Shown: positions 27,765 through 39,400 of the stretch, one piece after another
Numbering within the stretch: the stretch's first letter is position 1
How the letters are laid out: each line of letters starts with the position of its first letter
IMG/VR virus record: IMGVR_UViG_3300042326_001281
Length of the DNA stretch: 64,000 bases
Source: an uncultured virus (IMG/VR IMGVR_UViG_3300042326_001281)
Lineage: Duplodnaviria > Heunggongvirae > Uroviricota > Caudoviricetes
Reading direction: 5' to 3' (one strand)
Program-made: the position numbers and the translations under genes
The notes under the pieces: model-generated
The model's database searches: none
What the model saw: the letters and a program-made list of their open reading frames with translations, nothing else
Told to the model about the DNA's origin: nothing

Positions 27765-28117
27765 ACCTAGCCTCCATGTTGGGGGAAGTATTTCTTCTGG
27801 GACACTGGAAGGATTACGATGAACTTGAATCGTCGCTATCAATGCCAGAACTTGCTGCAACACTAAAAGCAGTATATGAATCTGAACGTAGGAGGCAAAA
27901 GTTTATGGCTGCTCTGCAAGGAATCGATATTGATGAGAAAGATGATAGCGATACCAGTGAGCAAAAGAGTGACAGGGTGCCCACTATTGAGGAAATCCAG
28001 GCAAGAGCGGTGGCGCGCTTGACTGGCAATAGAGATATGGCGGGTGCTATTAGCCAAGGTTTCACTCCAGACATGGGAGTAGAATATAAAATAGCGGAGG
28101 GTACAGTTCTTGGCTAA
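27719..28117 (+). CDS. Tail assembly chaperone extension (gpGT-like, -1 frame)
   Basis: -1 frame reads PSSDGSGTRWDDLDLASMLGEVFLLGHW..., continuous with the listed 27776..28117 ORF. Confidence 0.7.
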   Translation, partial: PKPSSDGSGTRWDDLDLASMLGEVFLLGHWKDYDELESSLSMPELAATLKAVYESERRRQKFMAALQGIDIDEKDDSDTSEQKSDRVPTIEEIQARAVARLTGNRDMAGAISQGFTPDMGVEYKIAEGTVLG

Positions 28118-31100
28118 CATTAATTCCGTCATAACTTATAATGCTAATTTGTCGCCTGCTCAGGCGCAAATTAAGGCTTTAACAGGGCAAATTGCTGGCC
28201 TTACTGCTGCATTTAATACCCTTGATAAATCTGCTCTTTCTGCTCAAAGAAATCTTGCTGGAGCATTTGCGAGAGATGTTGGAAATATTGGCGGCTTTAC
28301 CACTCAAATGGTACAGGCCCATAATGCCGTAGAAAATTTTGGAAAACAAATTGCCGCCAATAAACTTACAATGCGTGAGTCATTTCGTGAAGCAATTGCA
28401 GGATATACAAAACAAAATAGTTTGATGAAACGACTTGCTGAACAGCAAGTAAAGTATCAACAGTCTGTTGCTGTTCCCGTTGGTGGAGGACAGGCAATGA
28501 TGATGACCCCCGCTGCACTTTCTGCAACGGGAACATCTGCTGCTATGGCTGCTCAAAAATTCTCTATATTTAATCAATTAATTGATAATGGTGCGACTTC
28601 CATGCTTAACTGGGGCAAAAATACTCAGTGGGCTGGTCGTCAACTTATGGTAGGTTTTACTTTACCCCTTGCTATGCTTGCTGCGGTTACGTCTAAACAA
28701 TTCCGAGACTTGGATAAAGAATTAACAAGGTTCCAAAAGGTTTATGGGTCTGATCTTGGCGGCGCTATTAGTGAATCTACTTCTCGCATGAGAGAACAGG
28801 TAAAGCAACTAGCCTTTGATATTTCTCGTACATATGGTATTGCTGCTCAAGAAACCGCTGCTCTCGCCGCCGATATTGCTGCCACAGGAGCAGAAGGCGA
28901 ACAGTTAATGGAATCTGTCCAACAGACGACAAGGTTAGCAGTATTAGGTGAAGTAGATAGACAAGAGGCTATGAAGGCTACTCTGGCTCTTCAGTCAGCA
29001 TTTAAATTGAATACTAATGAATTAGCAGAATCTATCAACTTCTTGAATGCTGTAGAAAACCAAACATCTGCAACACTAGAGGATTTAGCAACTGCTATTC
29101 CTAAGGTTGGCCCTGTTGTTAGAAGTCTTGGCGGAGATGTAGAAGACCTAGCAGCACTTCTTGTTGCTATGCGTGAAGGCGGTATTCCAGCAGCAGAAGC
29201 AGCAAATGCATTAAAATCTGGTTTAGCATCACTTATCAATCCAACAAAACAAGCAAGTGAGGTGGCAAAGAAATTTGGAATTGATTTAGTGAGTATAGTA
29301 GAGGCAAACAAAGGGCAACTGATGCCTACTATTTTTGCTATGCAAAATGCTCTATCAGGACTGGACGATTTTGGTCGTGCAAGAGTTATTGAACAAATTT
29401 TTGGTAAGTACCAATTTGCTAGAATTTCAGCCCTTTTTGATAATATTGGAAAAACTGGCTCACAGACGCAGGCAGTATTAGAACTTGCTGCAAAGAGTTC
29501 TACAGAATTAGCGGCAGTTGCAAATCAAGAAATTAAGACACTTACAGAATCAACTGCTGTTAGATTCCAAAGAGCCATAGAAGATTTAAAGAATGCAGTT
29601 ATGCCTCTTGGCGAAGTCCTAACTGAAACATTAATTCCCATTTTCCAAAAAATTGGAGAGGGGGTTAGAATATTTGCTGATTTCTTCCAGGCTTTACCAG
29701 AACCAGTAAAGAATTTTACTAAATATGTTGTTGCTTTAACCGCTCTTGCAGGTCCAATTATCATGTTGGTGGGTCTATTTGGAAACCTTATTGCCAATGG
29801 TTTAAAGATTGGCATGGTTATCATGCGTCTTGGGGCAAGAATGGCTGGGCTTAGAGTAGATAAATTTGAACTTCTTAATGCAGAGGTTATGGCGGCTAAA
29901 TTAGGAGTAGACAACCTTACATTATCATTCACTAGCCAAGAGGCTGCAATGAGAAAACTTGTTGCAATTATGTCTCAATACCAAACATCTTTAAGGCAGT
30001 TAGCCACTACAAACCCAGCATTATTTATTCCTGGGGCCATTCCTGGTCGCGGCGGCTCAGTTCCAATTAAAAGACAATCTGGATCTTCTAGGCCAGAATT
30101 TGTTCCTGGTTCAGGTCGGGGAGATAAGATTCCCGCCATGCTTGAGCCTGGTGAATTTATTGTTAATCGTGCTGCTACAGAAAAATATGCTCCAGTCCTA
30201 ATGCAAATGAATCGTGGGACGTTACAAGGATTTCAACAAGGTACACAATTGTCACATCTTTATAGTGCAAAAGATCAAAATGTTGGCTCACTGCTTCAAC
30301 TACCATTTTTAGATCAAGGTGCAAGAGCCATGTTAATGCTTATACAATCTATTCATGGCGCGGACTTCCAGGTTAAAACTTATAGCAATGCAGTAGTTGG
30401 CCTAAGCACTACTCTTAATCAATCTATGGAAAGAGGAGAAGCCTCCATAGAAATGTTTAGAAGAGAAATTTCAGATACGGGAATGGCATTCGATCCATTA
30501 AGAGAACAATTAAGAGTAATGATATCTGAAACAGGAGAGTTCAATGGTGATCTTAATCTAGCGGAACAAGCAGTTGGTAGTTTTGCTCAACAGATGAGGG
30601 CTCAGGCGGCAGGATTTAAGGGCTCTACTTTTAATGCCGCCCAACTTGAATCAATGAGCATGGCAGCCCTAGCAGGGGTATCTGACCCTAGACAACGTGC
30701 TGCTTTAATGAGATTATTTGAAACCCCCACAGCATTTTCTGCTGGTAGAGGTCTAACAGCATCTAACATGTATATGTTTGGTCAAGCGTCTGGCGTGCCA
30801 ATGTATTCTGGTGGTGAAGGTAAAAGTAAAAGAATTTATGCTCAATTAGGACCAGAGGAATATTTAGGAGTAAGGCCAAGGAGTGAAAGAATTCCTCTTG
30901 GGAATATGCCAACATATCAAGGCGCACAAATTTCACCTCTTAGTTTTGCCCTACCAGTAGGGGCCAGACCCCTTTCTCAGCCATACTCTACTCCAACAAT
31001 GTACACCCCAGAGGGTCAAAGAATAACAAAGTCTATGGCCTCTTCTATGGGTGGAACCCAAAGAGAACTGTTTATGAAGCAGATAGAAACAAATGCCGCT

Positions 31101-34100
31101 ACATTTATAGATGATTTAGCAAAAGCATTTGTGAGTACTGTTGCTAGAACATTAGAGGCAGCATCTCCGTCTAAAAGAGCAGATAGAGAAATGGCTATAC
31201 AAGGTAAAAACTTTGGAGACGGTGCATCACAAGGTTTTATTAAAGGGTACAAATCTTCTGCCGCTGGAAAGCCAATAATTTCTGGTCCTGTGGGTGGCAC
31301 GGGCATTGAATCTATTTCTAATGCTCAAAAAATTGCTCAGGCAGATCAATCAATATTGAAGATGAAGACTCTTCAGCAGAAGTTCACCGCCGACAGAGTA
31401 AGAACAGAGATTGAACTGGGCGTACTAGATGATAGGTTATTGCAAATTAGAAATAGTGAAACAATGACTGCCCAAGAAAAACTTAGAGCAACATTAGCAT
31501 TAAATCAAGAACGTATTGCTTTAGAAAAAACTCATCAAACTGCTTTACAAAATGAAACTCGTATTCAAAATATTATTAATGGGCACAAGCAAAGAATTGC
31601 AGATGCTGATCAAGCACAGGCAAGATCTGAACAAGAAGAGGCTAAAAATGCTGCTCGTCGTGCGACTGCATCTATGGTCTCTCCTGGCGGACTTTATGGG
31701 CCTGGAGGATATGCTGCCTTTGGAACTGTTGGAAGAATGCCAAAGCCAGAAGATGTACAAAGTGGACCTGGAGACTCTTTAATAGATGCGATGGGGGAAC
31801 TGGATCTTGAAAAAGATGACCAGGACACTAGGAAAAAGGGTAGAATGGGGAGTCTTTCCTCTGGTGGAACAAACGCACTTCTAGGTCTTTCTATGCTTAC
31901 ATCAACAATGACTATGTTTAGTGGTGCTAGTGGAGATGCTGCTAATAAACTAATGATGTTTAGCACAGCCCTAATGACGGCAACCATGGCTGCACAAATG
32001 TTTGGAGGGATGGGCATTGGTGGAGCAATGGTTGGTGGTGTTAAGAAGATTGGCGGAGGTCTGACCTCCCTTGGAGGCAAATTAGCCCCTGCTGGTCGTC
32101 ACGCTGCTCCTGGATTACTTTCTAGAGGCTTAATGGGAGCAGGAGGAGCATTGGCAGGCGGTGGCGCAGCGGCAGCAGGAACTGTAGCAGCAGTAGCAAT
32201 TCCATTAGTTATTACTGCTGCTGGTCTATACATGTATAAGAAATCTCTTGATGAAGCAAAAGAAAAAGCAAATGCCGCCTTTGCTGAACCAACAAAGACA
32301 GCAGAATTCTTTGGTAAGACTATTGACGGTCTTGGAAATGCGCTGGAGAACATTCAAGCAGCAGGCGTATCAAAAGAACTATCCTCAATAAACTCTGAAT
32401 TGCGTATGGCTGTTAGTGAAGACTATGCAGGACTTATTGAAAAGTTGAAAACTTCAGTCACTACTGTTGGAGCAGCCGACCTTGGTGCTGCATATACCAA
32501 GATGATTATTTCTGGAATGAGTGCAGAAGAGGCTCAGGATTCAATTAAGGCTATTGCAGCAGAGGCTGGATATAAGGGTGGCATTGCATTTGCTAGCGCA
32601 TTCTCTAATGGTTTGCTAGAAGCAAAAACAATAGAAGAGGCGTATCAACAAACAATAGATAATATTAGTCCAGAGTCAGTAGCAGGCCAACAAACAGCAG
32701 CAAGTGAAGCAATGAAACAGCAAGCAATTGCTAATCCTGGGTTATATGGAAGAAGTACACCTCAGGTTGCTAGTCGTAATTTTAAGAATGTTCTGGCTGG
32801 TGGGCCAGAGTTTGTTCAAGCATTAAAGAGTTCTATAGAAATATCTCAGACTGCGCCAGAACTAGTTGCTCAAAATCTAGATAAAATTAGAGAATCTTAC
32901 TTAGCGCTAAATGAAGATGCGGGTGATATTCTTGGACTGGGAACGTCTGCCCGTGAGATGGCATTTGATGAATTTAAAAATATGATGGGCGAGTTAGATG
33001 ATCCAGTAATTAATCAACTTTTAGATCAGTTACAAAATTCTACGGCAGAGACTCAAGCATTAGCCATTCAAATGACTGCGCTAGGGGTTCCACTAGCAGA
33101 AGCAAAAAATCGCGCAGGGCAATTTGATGATGCTCTTGCAAGAGCAGCAATAGATAATGCTAGCAGATTGGCTCAACTGGAGGTTGCAGTAGATGATGCA
33201 AAACAGGCATTATTAGACTTTGCAGACTCTGGTCCTATAACAGCAGCACTAGATAAAATTGGCAACTCTGTTGAAGTAATGCAAGAAAAAATTAAAGATT
33301 ACGCTAAGTCTAGAGAAGATGAAAGAGAGGCCGTCGAAGAAAGTTTTGAGGCAGAGCAAAAGTCAAGAGAAGATTCAATTGAAGCCATACAGGATGAAAT
33401 GGAAACAAAGAGAGAGTCTTTTGATGAAGAGATGGATCAACTTGATGAGAAGTCAGACAAAATTAAAAAATCTTCTGATGCTTATATTAAATCTTTACAA
33501 AAGAATCAAAAGGCAGATTCATTCTATGCTCAACAAAGAAAAACTGCTTTTGGAGCCTTGCAAAAACTTGCTTCTGGTGACGTTTTTGGATTCCTCCAAG
33601 AACGTGAAGCCATGTCAGAGGATGCTAGACAATTCTCTTATGATCAAACTATTGAAGGTATAGAAGAAAAAACTGATCTTGAATTAGAGGCAATAGATAA
33701 AGTTCGTGAAAGACGGCAACAAGAGCAAGATGAGTATGAAAAAATGATGGAAGATAAAATTGATGGTGTCCAAAAATTAATGGATAAAGAATCTGAAATG
33801 CATGAAAATAATATGAAAGCATTTGATGATGAAACTGAAGAGCATTCGACACAACTAGAAAGAAGATTAGCCAACAGAACTAGTAATAATACTAGGGCAA
33901 AAAATTTAATTGATGATATTAAAGAAGGAGAAACTAAAAGTTATAGAGAAGTTACTAGAGTTTTTGGCGAGGAGACTGGTAAAAGATACGAAGAACTAGT
34001 TAAAGCAGAAATGGCTGCCCTCCAACTAAAACTACAAGCGCAAGTTTCAGCCAAAGACATTGAACTAAAGGCGGCGGAGCAACAACTAATAGATATTTAT

Positions 34101-35921
34101 AATTCTTTAATTGGCTTTGGTAATATTCCATCTAATTATCAGTCTGCTACAACATATCAAACAGTAAGTCAAACAGTGGGTATCCCTGGATTTGTCAGTC
34201 CACCACCTATTCCAAGGCGTGCAAGCGGAGGGAGCATAAAGGGTCCAGGCGGACCCAAGTCTGATGTAATTCCAGCCCTTCTCTCTAATGGTGAATATGT
34301 TATTCAAGCATCTAGTGTAAGCAAATATGGTAAGGGAATGATGGATACCATTAATGCTGGAAAGTTTGCTGAAGGCGGCATTGTCAAATTAGATAAAGAC
34401 TTACTGGAAAGTGAGGGAGTATCAGTAAAAACTGCTAGAAATACTGTTAAGTCTATTGTTGATGGTGGGTGGCCTGACGATAGAGTAAGACTTGCGTATG
34501 CGATTGCCATGCGTGAATCTAACGGCAATCCAAATGCTTTTAGCAGATACAGCCCGACTAATTCAGACACTGGACTATTCCAGATTAATGAAAAAGCCTA
34601 TGGAGGTCAAAGATGGTTTGATTTAAATAAATTAAAAGACCCAGTTTATAACTCTTCCATGGCATATAAATATGTTTCTAGAAAAGGAGAATTTTTCCTA
34701 CCATGGGCGTTGACTCCACAATTTAATGGTAAAACTGGGTGGGACTGGTCATATTATGCAAATTCATCATATTTTGCTCCAGGATCAGAGGCAAGAAATG
34801 AAACAATCAGAAGAACAGAGTTATTCTGGAATTCATTCAAAGGTTTAAATAATAAAGGAAACACTGGTAATAACCCTGGGGCTGGTAATAAACCTGGGGC
34901 TGGTAATAAACCTGGGGCTGGTATTGGGCCGTTATCTTCTACAATACAGGGCCCAGGTGGAGGAGAAGGTTCTAGATCTTCATCAAGAGTTCAATTTGGC
35001 AAAGCAAGCCCACAATTTGTTACTGGAAGAATGCTTCCAATTCCTTCCAGACCAGGAAAGCCAGGAAAGCCAGGAAAGCCAGAAAAACCAGGAAATGGCG
35101 GCGGTAGTAGAGGAAATACTGATGGAGCCCTAGCGGTAGCATTTGCTAAACAACAACTAGGAGAGCCATATGTATCTAATTCAGATGGTCCAGATTCATG
35201 GGATTGTTCTGGTCTTACTGCTGCCGCATATAATCAAGGAGTTCCTGGTGGAAGCACAAAATATGCCCTGGCATCATATTCTACCTCTCAGGCGGATAGA
35301 TTAAGAATCGTTGCAAGAAGGACTTCTGGCAACCCAGGTGACGGTGGTATGCCAGAAATTCCAAATAAATTTAGTGTTGGTGATCTTCTATACTTTACCA
35401 ATACACCATATCCAGAATCTTATAAACATATTTCTATGTATGCAGGTAATGGTCAAGTAATAGAGGCCGGAAATCCAGTTAAAATGAGTCCATTAAATAA
35501 TGATTTTAATAAAAAATATTTTACTTTTGGCGGACCTCCAAAGGCAAGGCTTGCAGCAGGAGGTATGGTCCTAGGCTTAGGTGGCCCTAGATCTGATTCT
35601 ATTCCCGCTATGCTTTCAAATGGTGAATATGTAGTTAAGGCTTCTAGTGTTGCTAAATATGGAAAGTCATTCTTAGATCAGGTAAATGCTGGATCTTTTT
35701 CACTTAATCAAGATACTTCCTCTATGGCTCAACCAGCATTTAATCTACCAAGCATGTCAACAAATAGTTCAAATGTAAATAATTATGGCGGAAACAGTTC
35801 AAATAATGTTAGAATTATTATTAATGGTGCTGGTGGAAAGAGTGCCGCAGCAATTGCTAATAAGGTTGCCAGTATGATAAATAGTTCTGGTAATCGTAGA
35901 AATCATAGTAGGAGTATTTAA
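28110..35921 (+). CDS. Tape measure protein with lytic transglycosylase-like and NlpC/P60 domains (TTG start)
   Basis: 2603 aa, Ala-rich and helical; WGKNTQWAGRQL; MRESNGNP..GLFQIN; DCSGL...HISMY. Confidence 0.92.
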   Translation: MANINSVITYNANLSPAQAQIKALTGQIAGLTAAFNTLDKSALSAQRNLAGAFARDVGNIGGFTTQMVQAHNAVENFGKQIAANKLTMRESFREAIAGYTKQNSLMKRLAEQQVKYQQSVAVPVGGGQAMMMTPAALSATGTSAAMAAQKFSIFNQLIDNGATSMLNWGKNTQWAGRQLMVGFTLPLAMLAAVTSKQFRDLDKELTRFQKVYGSDLGGAISESTSRMREQVKQLAFDISRTYGIAAQETAALAADIAATGAEGEQLMESVQQTTRLAVLGEVDRQEAMKATLALQSAFKLNTNELAESINFLNAVENQTSATLEDLATAIPKVGPVVRSLGGDVEDLAALLVAMREGGIPAAEAANALKSGLASLINPTKQASEVAKKFGIDLVSIVEANKGQLMPTIFAMQNALSGLDDFGRARVIEQIFGKYQFARISALFDNIGKTGSQTQAVLELAAKSSTELAAVANQEIKTLTESTAVRFQRAIEDLKNAVMPLGEVLTETLIPIFQKIGEGVRIFADFFQALPEPVKNFTKYVVALTALAGPIIMLVGLFGNLIANGLKIGMVIMRLGARMAGLRVDKFELLNAEVMAAKLGVDNLTLSFTSQEAAMRKLVAIMSQYQTSLRQLATTNPALFIPGAIPGRGGSVPIKRQSGSSRPEFVPGSGRGDKIPAMLEPGEFIVNRAATEKYAPVLMQMNRGTLQGFQQGTQLSHLYSAKDQNVGSLLQLPFLDQGARAMLMLIQSIHGADFQVKTYSNAVVGLSTTLNQSMERGEASIEMFRREISDTGMAFDPLREQLRVMISETGEFNGDLNLAEQAVGSFAQQMRAQAAGFKGSTFNAAQLESMSMAALAGVSDPRQRAALMRLFETPTAFSAGRGLTASNMYMFGQASGVPMYSGGEGKSKRIYAQLGPEEYLGVRPRSERIPLGNMPTYQGAQISPLSFALPVGARPLSQPYSTPTMYTPEGQRITKSMASSMGGTQRELFMKQIETNAATFIDDLAKAFVSTVARTLEAASPSKRADREMAIQGKNFGDGASQGFIKGYKSSAAGKPIISGPVGGTGIESISNAQKIAQADQSILKMKTLQQKFTADRVRTEIELGVLDDRLLQIRNSETMTAQEKLRATLALNQERIALEKTHQTALQNETRIQNIINGHKQRIADADQAQARSEQEEAKNAARRATASMVSPGGLYGPGGYAAFGTVGRMPKPEDVQSGPGDSLIDAMGELDLEKDDQDTRKKGRMGSLSSGGTNALLGLSMLTSTMTMFSGASGDAANKLMMFSTALMTATMAAQMFGGMGIGGAMVGGVKKIGGGLTSLGGKLAPAGRHAAPGLLSRGLMGAGGALAGGGAAAAGTVAAVAIPLVITAAGLYMYKKSLDEAKEKANAAFAEPTKTAEFFGKTIDGLGNALENIQAAGVSKELSSINSELRMAVSEDYAGLIEKLKTSVTTVGAADLGAAYTKMIISGMSAEEAQDSIKAIAAEAGYKGGIAFASAFSNGLLEAKTIEEAYQQTIDNISPESVAGQQTAASEAMKQQAIANPGLYGRSTPQVASRNFKNVLAGGPEFVQALKSSIEISQTAPELVAQNLDKIRESYLALNEDAGDILGLGTSAREMAFDEFKNMMGELDDPVINQLLDQLQNSTAETQALAIQMTALGVPLAEAKNRAGQFDDALARAAIDNASRLAQLEVAVDDAKQALLDFADSGPITAALDKIGNSVEVMQEKIKDYAKSREDEREAVEESFEAEQKSREDSIEAIQDEMETKRESFDEEMDQLDEKSDKIKKSSDAYIKSLQKNQKADSFYAQQRKTAFGALQKLASGDVFGFLQEREAMSEDARQFSYDQTIEGIEEKTDLELEAIDKVRERRQQEQDEYEKMMEDKIDGVQKLMDKESEMHENNMKAFDDETEEHSTQLERRLANRTSNNTRAKNLIDDIKEGETKSYREVTRVFGEETGKRYEELVKAEMAALQLKLQAQVSAKDIELKAAEQQLIDIYNSLIGFGNIPSNYQSATTYQTVSQTVGIPGFVSPPPIPRRASGGSIKGPGGPKSDVIPALLSNGEYVIQASSVSKYGKGMMDTINAGKFAEGGIVKLDKDLLESEGVSVKTARNTVKSIVDGGWPDDRVRLAYAIAMRESNGNPNAFSRYSPTNSDTGLFQINEKAYGGQRWFDLNKLKDPVYNSSMAYKYVSRKGEFFLPWALTPQFNGKTGWDWSYYANSSYFAPGSEARNETIRRTELFWNSFKGLNNKGNTGNNPGAGNKPGAGNKPGAGIGPLSSTIQGPGGGEGSRSSSRVQFGKASPQFVTGRMLPIPSRPGKPGKPGKPEKPGNGGGSRGNTDGALAVAFAKQQLGEPYVSNSDGPDSWDCSGLTAAAYNQGVPGGSTKYALASYSTSQADRLRIVARRTSGNPGDGGMPEIPNKFSVGDLLYFTNTPYPESYKHISMYAGNGQVIEAGNPVKMSPLNNDFNKKYFTFGGPPKARLAAGGMVLGLGGPRSDSIPAMLSNGEYVVKASSVAKYGKSFLDQVNAGSFSLNQDTSSMAQPAFNLPSMSTNSSNVNNYGGNSSNNVRIIINGAGGKSAAAIANKVASMINSSGNRRNHSRSI

Positions 35922-35923
35922 TC

Positions 35924-36463
35924 ATGCCAACGACTACTTTACAAAAAGTATGGACTAGACCAGCATTAATGATTTTTACAGAGTCTCAGCCTACTGTTGT
36001 TAATGCGGCTATTGGACAATATGATCTTGGAACGGCAGGAACAAATTTCTTGTATCTAACAGATGATAGTAGATCAGAGTTACAGATATCTATCGATCGA
36101 ATTGAGTTTAAAAAACGCATGATTAATGGTAGAATGAGATCTTATCATGTTGCAGATAAGAAAAGTTTTTCTGTTAACTGGAGAGATCTTCCCTCAGTAA
36201 AAACTGAAATATCAGAAAGTCAGTTTCAGGCAAGTCCAAGCGGCTGGGCCTCATGTCAAGAAATGCTTCTATGGCATAAAAATCATTCAGACAGTTTTTA
36301 CTTAACACTAGTTTACGATACTCCCTTGGCGGCAGCAGAGATACCTTTAAAGTATTCATTAGAAACGTATAATGTATTTTTTGAGGACTTTTCATATGTT
36401 GTAAAAAAGCGCGGTCCATTGCATGATCTTTGGGACATTAGTATGACACTAGTGGAGGTGTAA
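35924..36463 (+). CDS. Distal tail / minor tail protein
   Basis: Immediately after TMP; RMINGRMRSYHVADK motif. Confidence 0.6.
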   Translation: MPTTTLQKVWTRPALMIFTESQPTVVNAAIGQYDLGTAGTNFLYLTDDSRSELQISIDRIEFKKRMINGRMRSYHVADKKSFSVNWRDLPSVKTEISESQFQASPSGWASCQEMLLWHKNHSDSFYLTLVYDTPLAAAEIPLKYSLETYNVFFEDFSYVVKKRGPLHDLWDISMTLVEV

Positions 36464-39400
36464 TGTTAAATTACGGGTCTCTGAGAAATTTATACAGAAA
36501 AGCAGACTCTGTTACTAGCAGCCACCTTGTTGTTGCTGAGTGGAATATGAATAAGTATCAGCAACTAAAATATTATGGAGTTTATAAGAATCCTACTACT
36601 GCCGCTGCCAACACGACATTTAATTCATCAGACGCGAACATAGTAACAGGTGAAAACTTTTTCATATATGATGATAAAACTAAGAAATTAGACTCTACAT
36701 CAGATTATTTTTCTAGCCTTACTTCAATATTTTTTCCAAATAGACCAAACCCAGGAATTGTTTTACTTCAAAACTATGGAAGCAATATTATTGTAAAACA
36801 AATAGAATCAATAAAATCTGAAAATATTAACTCAAGTTCACCAAGATACTATCCATTTTCATTTAATAGAGAATATGATTATTTTAATACTGCTAAAGCA
36901 ATGGGTGAAAATACTAATGATAGAGGGGTAAAGGCACCAAACGGAAATATTTTATGTGCTAACCCATATGTTGTTTATAAAGATTCTGGAGAAGATCCAT
37001 TTCCAGTTAATAAAATTACTATTAAAGTACAAAATCATTTAACAGTTCCAGATAAATTTATTGTTCAATACTTAAATTCAAGTAATGTTTGGACAACAGC
37101 GTATAATTCGGGAGATAACGCTTCAGCATTATTTAATACGGGAATTTTGGATTTATATTTCAACAGTAGCACATGGTCAACTACTGTAAGTAGAGTTACA
37201 GATCTATCTCAGATATCCTCTGTGTCACCTACACAATTAGTAAAGATTAAAGGTTTACGCTTACTTGTATTTAAAATGAGTACTAATAATCCTGGTAGCC
37301 AAGGTCTTGAAATTATTGAATTATCTCCCAGGCTGGAGGTAGATCTGACTGACTACACAGAGTCTTTTTCTTTTGACTCATCTATTGGTGATTCAACTAG
37401 TATAGGTTTGCCAGTAGGATCAATTGTTTCTAGTACAGGAAATATTTCTTTATCTAATGAAGATAATCAATTCTTATTTTCTAGCGTCTTAAATGATTTA
37501 AATATGTTAAACCCAGATACAAAGTTTACGTTTTATCAAATTGTTAATGATGGAACAACAAATACAACAATACCTTTAAAAATTATGTATTCTAATGAGT
37601 GGAATGTTGGTCAAGATTATTCAGTATCTATCACACTAGAGGATAAGTTTAAATTTTTAAGAGAAACGGCAGCAACAGATCTATTACTTGTATCTTCTAC
37701 TGGAACAAAACTATCAACAATTATTTTAACATTATTAGATAATGCTGGTATAACTGGACTAGAGTTTGTCACCAGTTCACTTGGGGCGGATAAAACTGGT
37801 GAAGATGTTAAAATTAGAACATTCTTTTGCAAGAAAGAACAAACAGTGGCAGAGGTGCTAGAGCAACTTGCTATTGCAACACAATGCTCAATGTTCTTTG
37901 ACGAAACAGATAATTTAAATATCTTAACCAAAGAAAGACTTACTGAAAAGGTTACTCAGTCTCAATCAACTAGTTCAACCAGCGGTGGCACAGACATGTG
38001 GATGGTTTTTGATGAAGACTATACCAATCTTGCTGGAACAGGAAATTGTTTAGAGTATAACTTCACAGCATCATATAACTCTAATGTTATTTCATATAAT
38101 GAAATTAAATTAAATCCCGTAACGGATGGTGATGTTATTTATCACACCTATGGTCCAAGAAAAGTCCCAGGTATAAATAACCTTCCAGAAAAAGTACTAG
38201 CACCACTTACGAGTGATATTCCTGCTGCCACCCTTGCATTCTCAAACTATACTTATGCTACTAAAATTTTGTGGACAGTTGGAAACGATAACTCTTCCGT
38301 TTTAGGATGCGCTAATCTTGTTGTAGATTTACCAGATACGCAACTTAAAAATCAATTTACGTCTACTTATACAGCCTTGAATGAAGAAGAGGCAATCAGA
38401 CTTATTTATAGTACAACTAATTTGGCAGGGACTACATATTTTCCAAACGATGCTGCAAAATTAACTGCTAAAAAATCTCTAGTCATATTTATTGATAGAA
38501 ATGAAGGATTTACTATTCCAGATTATGAGGGATATATTTTAATAGATAGAGAATATATTAAATATCGTGGTAAATTATTTTCAATAAATGGGCAGTTAAA
38601 AATTCTATTTAGTGATGAAGAACTTCAGCAAGAAATGCGTTTTCTTCCAAAAGGATCTTCTATATCTATTATTGGACTCATAGTAAATGTAGTCTTAGAA
38701 GTTATCAATCAGTCCAATGGTCAATATACATATAAAGTTGTTGGCGACGGACGTTCAAAGTTTAGCAGCGAACTTGCTAAACATGTGGCCCTTGCTGAAA
38801 ATAATGACGGGATTAGCCCATCTAAACAATTTAAACTTACCCTTGGAGAAAAAAAACAATACTCAACTCCAGGGGCGGTAAGAGCAACAACTAAGTTTAA
38901 TTTTATTGATAAAAATACCTACAGGTCGGCAAGAGAGGCTTTAGGAAGTATAGGATATGACGACCTACAATCCTATTTAGGGTTCTTAAAACTTTCTGGA
39001 CCTAATTCACCTCAAGGCGATATAAGTCTACTTAATAGACTTGATCAATCTGGCCCAACAGAAGATGTAATAGCAGCATTAAATCAAATGAATAAACAGG
39101 TTGATGAGGCCGTTACAGGGAATAGTTTTGTTCCAGGAATAAGTTTTGACGACTATGTTTTTATGCAAGGAGAAAGAAATATTTATGGTCAGTGGATAGA
39201 TTTACCATTTATTCCAAACAGTATTTCAACAAGAATGCGTCTTTTTTCTTCTATTAAAAAGATAAAAAATAATCAATATATTATGTCAACAAACTCATCA
39301 ATTGCTGGTATAGGTTTTGGTTTAAATTCAAATAACGAAGGGTACTTTGTTGAGGTAGAGTCTGTAGGTGCGGGAAAAGATAATATATCTAAAAAGGCCG

